Positions 61,616-64,000 of a DNA stretch of 64,000 nt are shown here, piece after piece. The number at the start of each line of letters is the position of its first letter. Position 1 is the first letter of the stretch. Source of the DNA: Alphaproteobacteria bacterium (GTDB taxonomy: Bacteria; Pseudomonadota; Alphaproteobacteria; GCA-2731375); contig CBDDPY010000002.1 of assembly GCA_965232515.1 (NCBI GenBank), forward strand, positions 3,456,001 to 3,520,000. Reading direction: 5' to 3'. A program made the translations under genes and the position numbers. The notes beneath the pieces are model-generated. The model did no database searches. It was given only the letters and a program-made list of their open reading frames with translations, and was not told the DNA's origin.

Positions 61616-62206
61616 ATGTCCGCGCCTGGAAAGTCGAATCCCGCCACCAGCCTCGCCGCCGGCGAGTATGCCGCGATCGAGTGGTATTGCACCGAGCAGG
61701 GCATGGATGTGCCGAAGTTGATCTGGTCGCCGGCGCCGGAAAACCTCGAACACAACCCTCTGCGCTTTCTGATGGACTATTGGCAGCGCCTACGGCAGGC
61801 CGACGGCCTGCCCCGCGCGACCGCGATCGACCCCGTCGAAATGCGACCCGCATTGGGCAATGTGATGCTGCTGGACGTCCTGGACGGCGGCACCGACTTC
61901 CGCTACCGCCTCTACGGCAGCAAGATCGCCGAACGCGCCGGATTCGACATGACGGGCAAGCGCGTGTCGGATATCGGCACCAGCACCGCCGTCGCCACGT
62001 TCTTCACCTATGTCTATCAGGCCGTCCTCAAGCGCCGCGAGCCGATCTATACGGAGCACCGGCCACCCGCGGCGATCCGGGTCACCAAATGGTACCGCCT
62101 GATCCTGCCGCTAGGCGACGCGGATGGTGCGATCAACCGCTTGCTTGTCGGAAACATCCCCGGCGATTGGCGGCCATCGCCGGCCACCAACGACACGCGA
62201 GACTAG
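61616..62206 (+). CDS. PAS_5 domain protein
   Basis: DYW..LP....IDP, FRYRLYGS..G.DMTGK and RLILPL motifs. Confidence 0.85.
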   Translation: MSAPGKSNPATSLAAGEYAAIEWYCTEQGMDVPKLIWSPAPENLEHNPLRFLMDYWQRLRQADGLPRATAIDPVEMRPALGNVMLLDVLDGGTDFRYRLYGSKIAERAGFDMTGKRVSDIGTSTAVATFFTYVYQAVLKRREPIYTEHRPPAAIRVTKWYRLILPLGDADGAINRLLVGNIPGDWRPSPATNDTRD

Positions 62207-62238
62207 CCAAACCGGCCGCGCCGGCGTCAGGTTGCCGT

Positions 62239-62553
62239 TCAGACCTTGCCGGACACCGCCTGGCTGAGCTCTCGCCCGAGCGCATTAGCCCGCTCCGGCG
62301 TGACGTCAAAACTGACCGCCAATCCAATCCCCAGTCCGCGTACGATCCGCACGTCGAAGCGGCCCATGCCGTCGATCTCGAGCACCGCGCGGCTCCCGGG
62401 CGACAGCGTCAGTGGTGTCATGATGGCAGCGCCGCCCACCGACATGTCCAAGAGCGAGCAGCGATATTCCGCGCCGTCGACCTCGAGGCGGGCATCGCTC
62501 ATCATCGAGATACGCTTGTGCTTCCGCTGGTCGGCCAAGCCGATATACGCCAT
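62239..62553 (-). CDS. PilZ domain protein
   Basis: QRKHKR (RxxxR) and DMSVGG (DxSxxG) c-di-GMP motifs. Confidence 0.85.
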   Translation of the reverse strand: MAYIGLADQRKHKRISMMSDARLEVDGAEYRCSLLDMSVGGAAIMTPLTLSPGSRAVLEIDGMGRFDVRIVRGLGIGLAVSFDVTPERANALGRELSQAVSGKV

Positions 62554-62686
62554 TGCCAGCTCCCCTTCCGTTGCCAGCCCATATTCAGCTCCGGCCGACA
62601 GCATGACAGATGGAAGCTTGCCAAATGGTTGACGCGTCGAGGCGCGCGAGAAACCGCCTGGGCGAGCGGTCGTCGGCGCTCGCCTG

Positions 62687-64000
62687 TCAAGCGGACTCGG
62701 CCGGCGGCAGCGCCGTCTCGGCCACCGGCGCCGCAGCGATCCGATCGACCGGAAACCGCACGATGGCGTCGGTGCCCTTGCCGACGCTGCTGCGCAAGGC
62801 GAAGCTGCCGCCGTGCAGATTGACCAGAGAGCGCACGATCGGCAAGCCAAGGCCGGTGCCGCGATGACGCCGCGTAAACGGATTTTCGCCTTGTTGGAAC
62901 GGCTGCTGCACCATTTCGATCTCGGCCTCGGGAATGCCGACACCGGTGTCCGATACGCAGAACTCGTAGCCGCCGTCGTCCAGCGGCCGCGCCGATACCG
63001 TCACGGCGCCCCCGTCGGGCGTGAACTTCACCGCATTCGACAGAAGATTGACGAAGATTTGCCGAAACAGCCGTTCGTCGGCGATCACCGGCGGCGCCGC
63101 CGGCGGCAACGACAATTCGATGCCAATCTTCTTGGCGTCGGCCTTGGTCCTGACGATCTCGACGGTTCGTTCGAGCGCCGGAGCCGGATCGAATGTCGTG
63201 TCGTGCAGGTCCGTCTCGCCGGCCTCGATCTTGGACATGTCGAGAATGTCGTTGATCACCGACAGCAGATGGCTGCCGCTCTGATGGATGGCGTTGACGT
63301 ATTCGCGGTATTTCGACGAACCGAGATGTCCGAACAACTCGCCGCGCATCAACTCTGAAAAGCCGATGATTGCGTTCAACGGCGTGCGCAGTTCGTGGCT
63401 CATATGGGCCAGAAAGTCCGTCTTCGCGCGGCTCGCGAACTCGGCCTTCTTGCGCGCCTCTGCCTCCTGCCGGCTCGACGCGTCGATCGCCGCCGCCATG
63501 GCGTTGAACGACAGCTCCATCTCGCGCAGCTCGCGGGGCTCGTGCCAGCCGATCGAGCGCACCCTGGCGGAGCGGTCGCCGCCGGCCATTTTCTTCGCCG
63601 CCTCGGCAACCGCCTGGACCGGCCGGGTCAGATAGCCCGAGAGTATCCAGCTGACCGCGGCGGCGGCGGCAAAGCCCAGGGCGACAACGCCGAGCGCCGA
63701 GCGGCGGATGGTTTCGGCCTTTTCACGCAACTCGGCGACGGGCTGCGGAATCATCACGCCCCAACCGTTCGAGGCAACGGCCGTGAACCCGGCGATCATC
63801 TCCTCCTTCAGCGCCGGGGAGTAGAAGGTCGCGGTGCCGGTCTCCCGCTGCAACATGCGCCGTACGGGTTCCAGGTCGGACATGTCCCGCATCGTCTCGC
63901 GCCATTCCGGCAGCGGGTGCGCCAGCACACGGCCGGTGTGATCGACGATCGCCGCGTGACCGCCGCGGCCGAAGGCGATGTCCTCGCCCAACTCGATGAA
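62687..64000 (-). CDS. Cache-HAMP sensor histidine kinase, 5'-truncated by window edge
   Basis: GRVLAHP Cache, HAMP, SHELRTPLN, NAVKFT and GTGLGL motifs. Confidence 0.9.
   Translation of the reverse strand, partial: FIELGEDIAFGRGGHAAIVDHTGRVLAHPLPEWRETMRDMSDLEPVRRMLQRETGTATFYSPALKEEMIAGFTAVASNGWGVMIPQPVAELREKAETIRRSALGVVALGFAAAAAVSWILSGYLTRPVQAVAEAAKKMAGGDRSARVRSIGWHEPRELREMELSFNAMAAAIDASSRQEAEARKKAEFASRAKTDFLAHMSHELRTPLNAIIGFSELMRGELFGHLGSSKYREYVNAIHQSGSHLLSVINDILDMSKIEAGETDLHDTTFDPAPALERTVEIVRTKADAKKIGIELSLPPAAPPVIADERLFRQIFVNLLSNAVKFTPDGGAVTVSARPLDDGGYEFCVSDTGVGIPEAEIEMVQQPFQQGENPFTRRHRGTGLGLPIVRSLVNLHGGSFALRSSVGKGTDAIVRFPVDRIAAAPVAETALPPAESA

Overview
A high-GC alphaproteobacterial chromosomal window (Rhodospirillales-like by gene content; this is inference). 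From left to right it contains: a hydrolase/mandelate racemase/nitrilase cluster; two PHO-box-preceded phosphorus-scavenging operons (phnCDEE and ugpBAEC plus a phosphonate monoester hydrolase); a class III cyclase-AAA-TPR protein with altered catalytic residues; a LacI-type sugar uptake/oxidation locus with a frameshifted epimerase; the conserved core block tRNA-Phe/yacG/rng/maf/infA/hisD/hisG/murA/tRNA-Thr; a small decayed islet; and signalling genes. Two loci stand out. (1) At 46.6-49.1 kb, a Ro60/Rsr (TROVE-vWA) gene is preceded by a tandem array of at least four Y-RNA-like modules. They share one scaffold (GGGCCG..TTATCG..ACACGCCC closing stem) but carry different internal domains. One is a circularly permuted tRNA mimic (YrlA type), and two are paralogs with a different, non-tRNA domain. 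A possible 38-aa micro-ORF lies inside the array, and no rtcB is nearby. (2) At 51.7-56.0 kb, an operon encodes an SGNH/DltD-like protein, an MBOAT, a seryl-tRNA-synthetase-like amino acid:[carrier protein] ligase and a carrier protein. It looks like a Dlt-type surface aminoacylation pathway in which DltA is replaced by an aaRS paralog. All calls are from reading the sequence; no searches were run.
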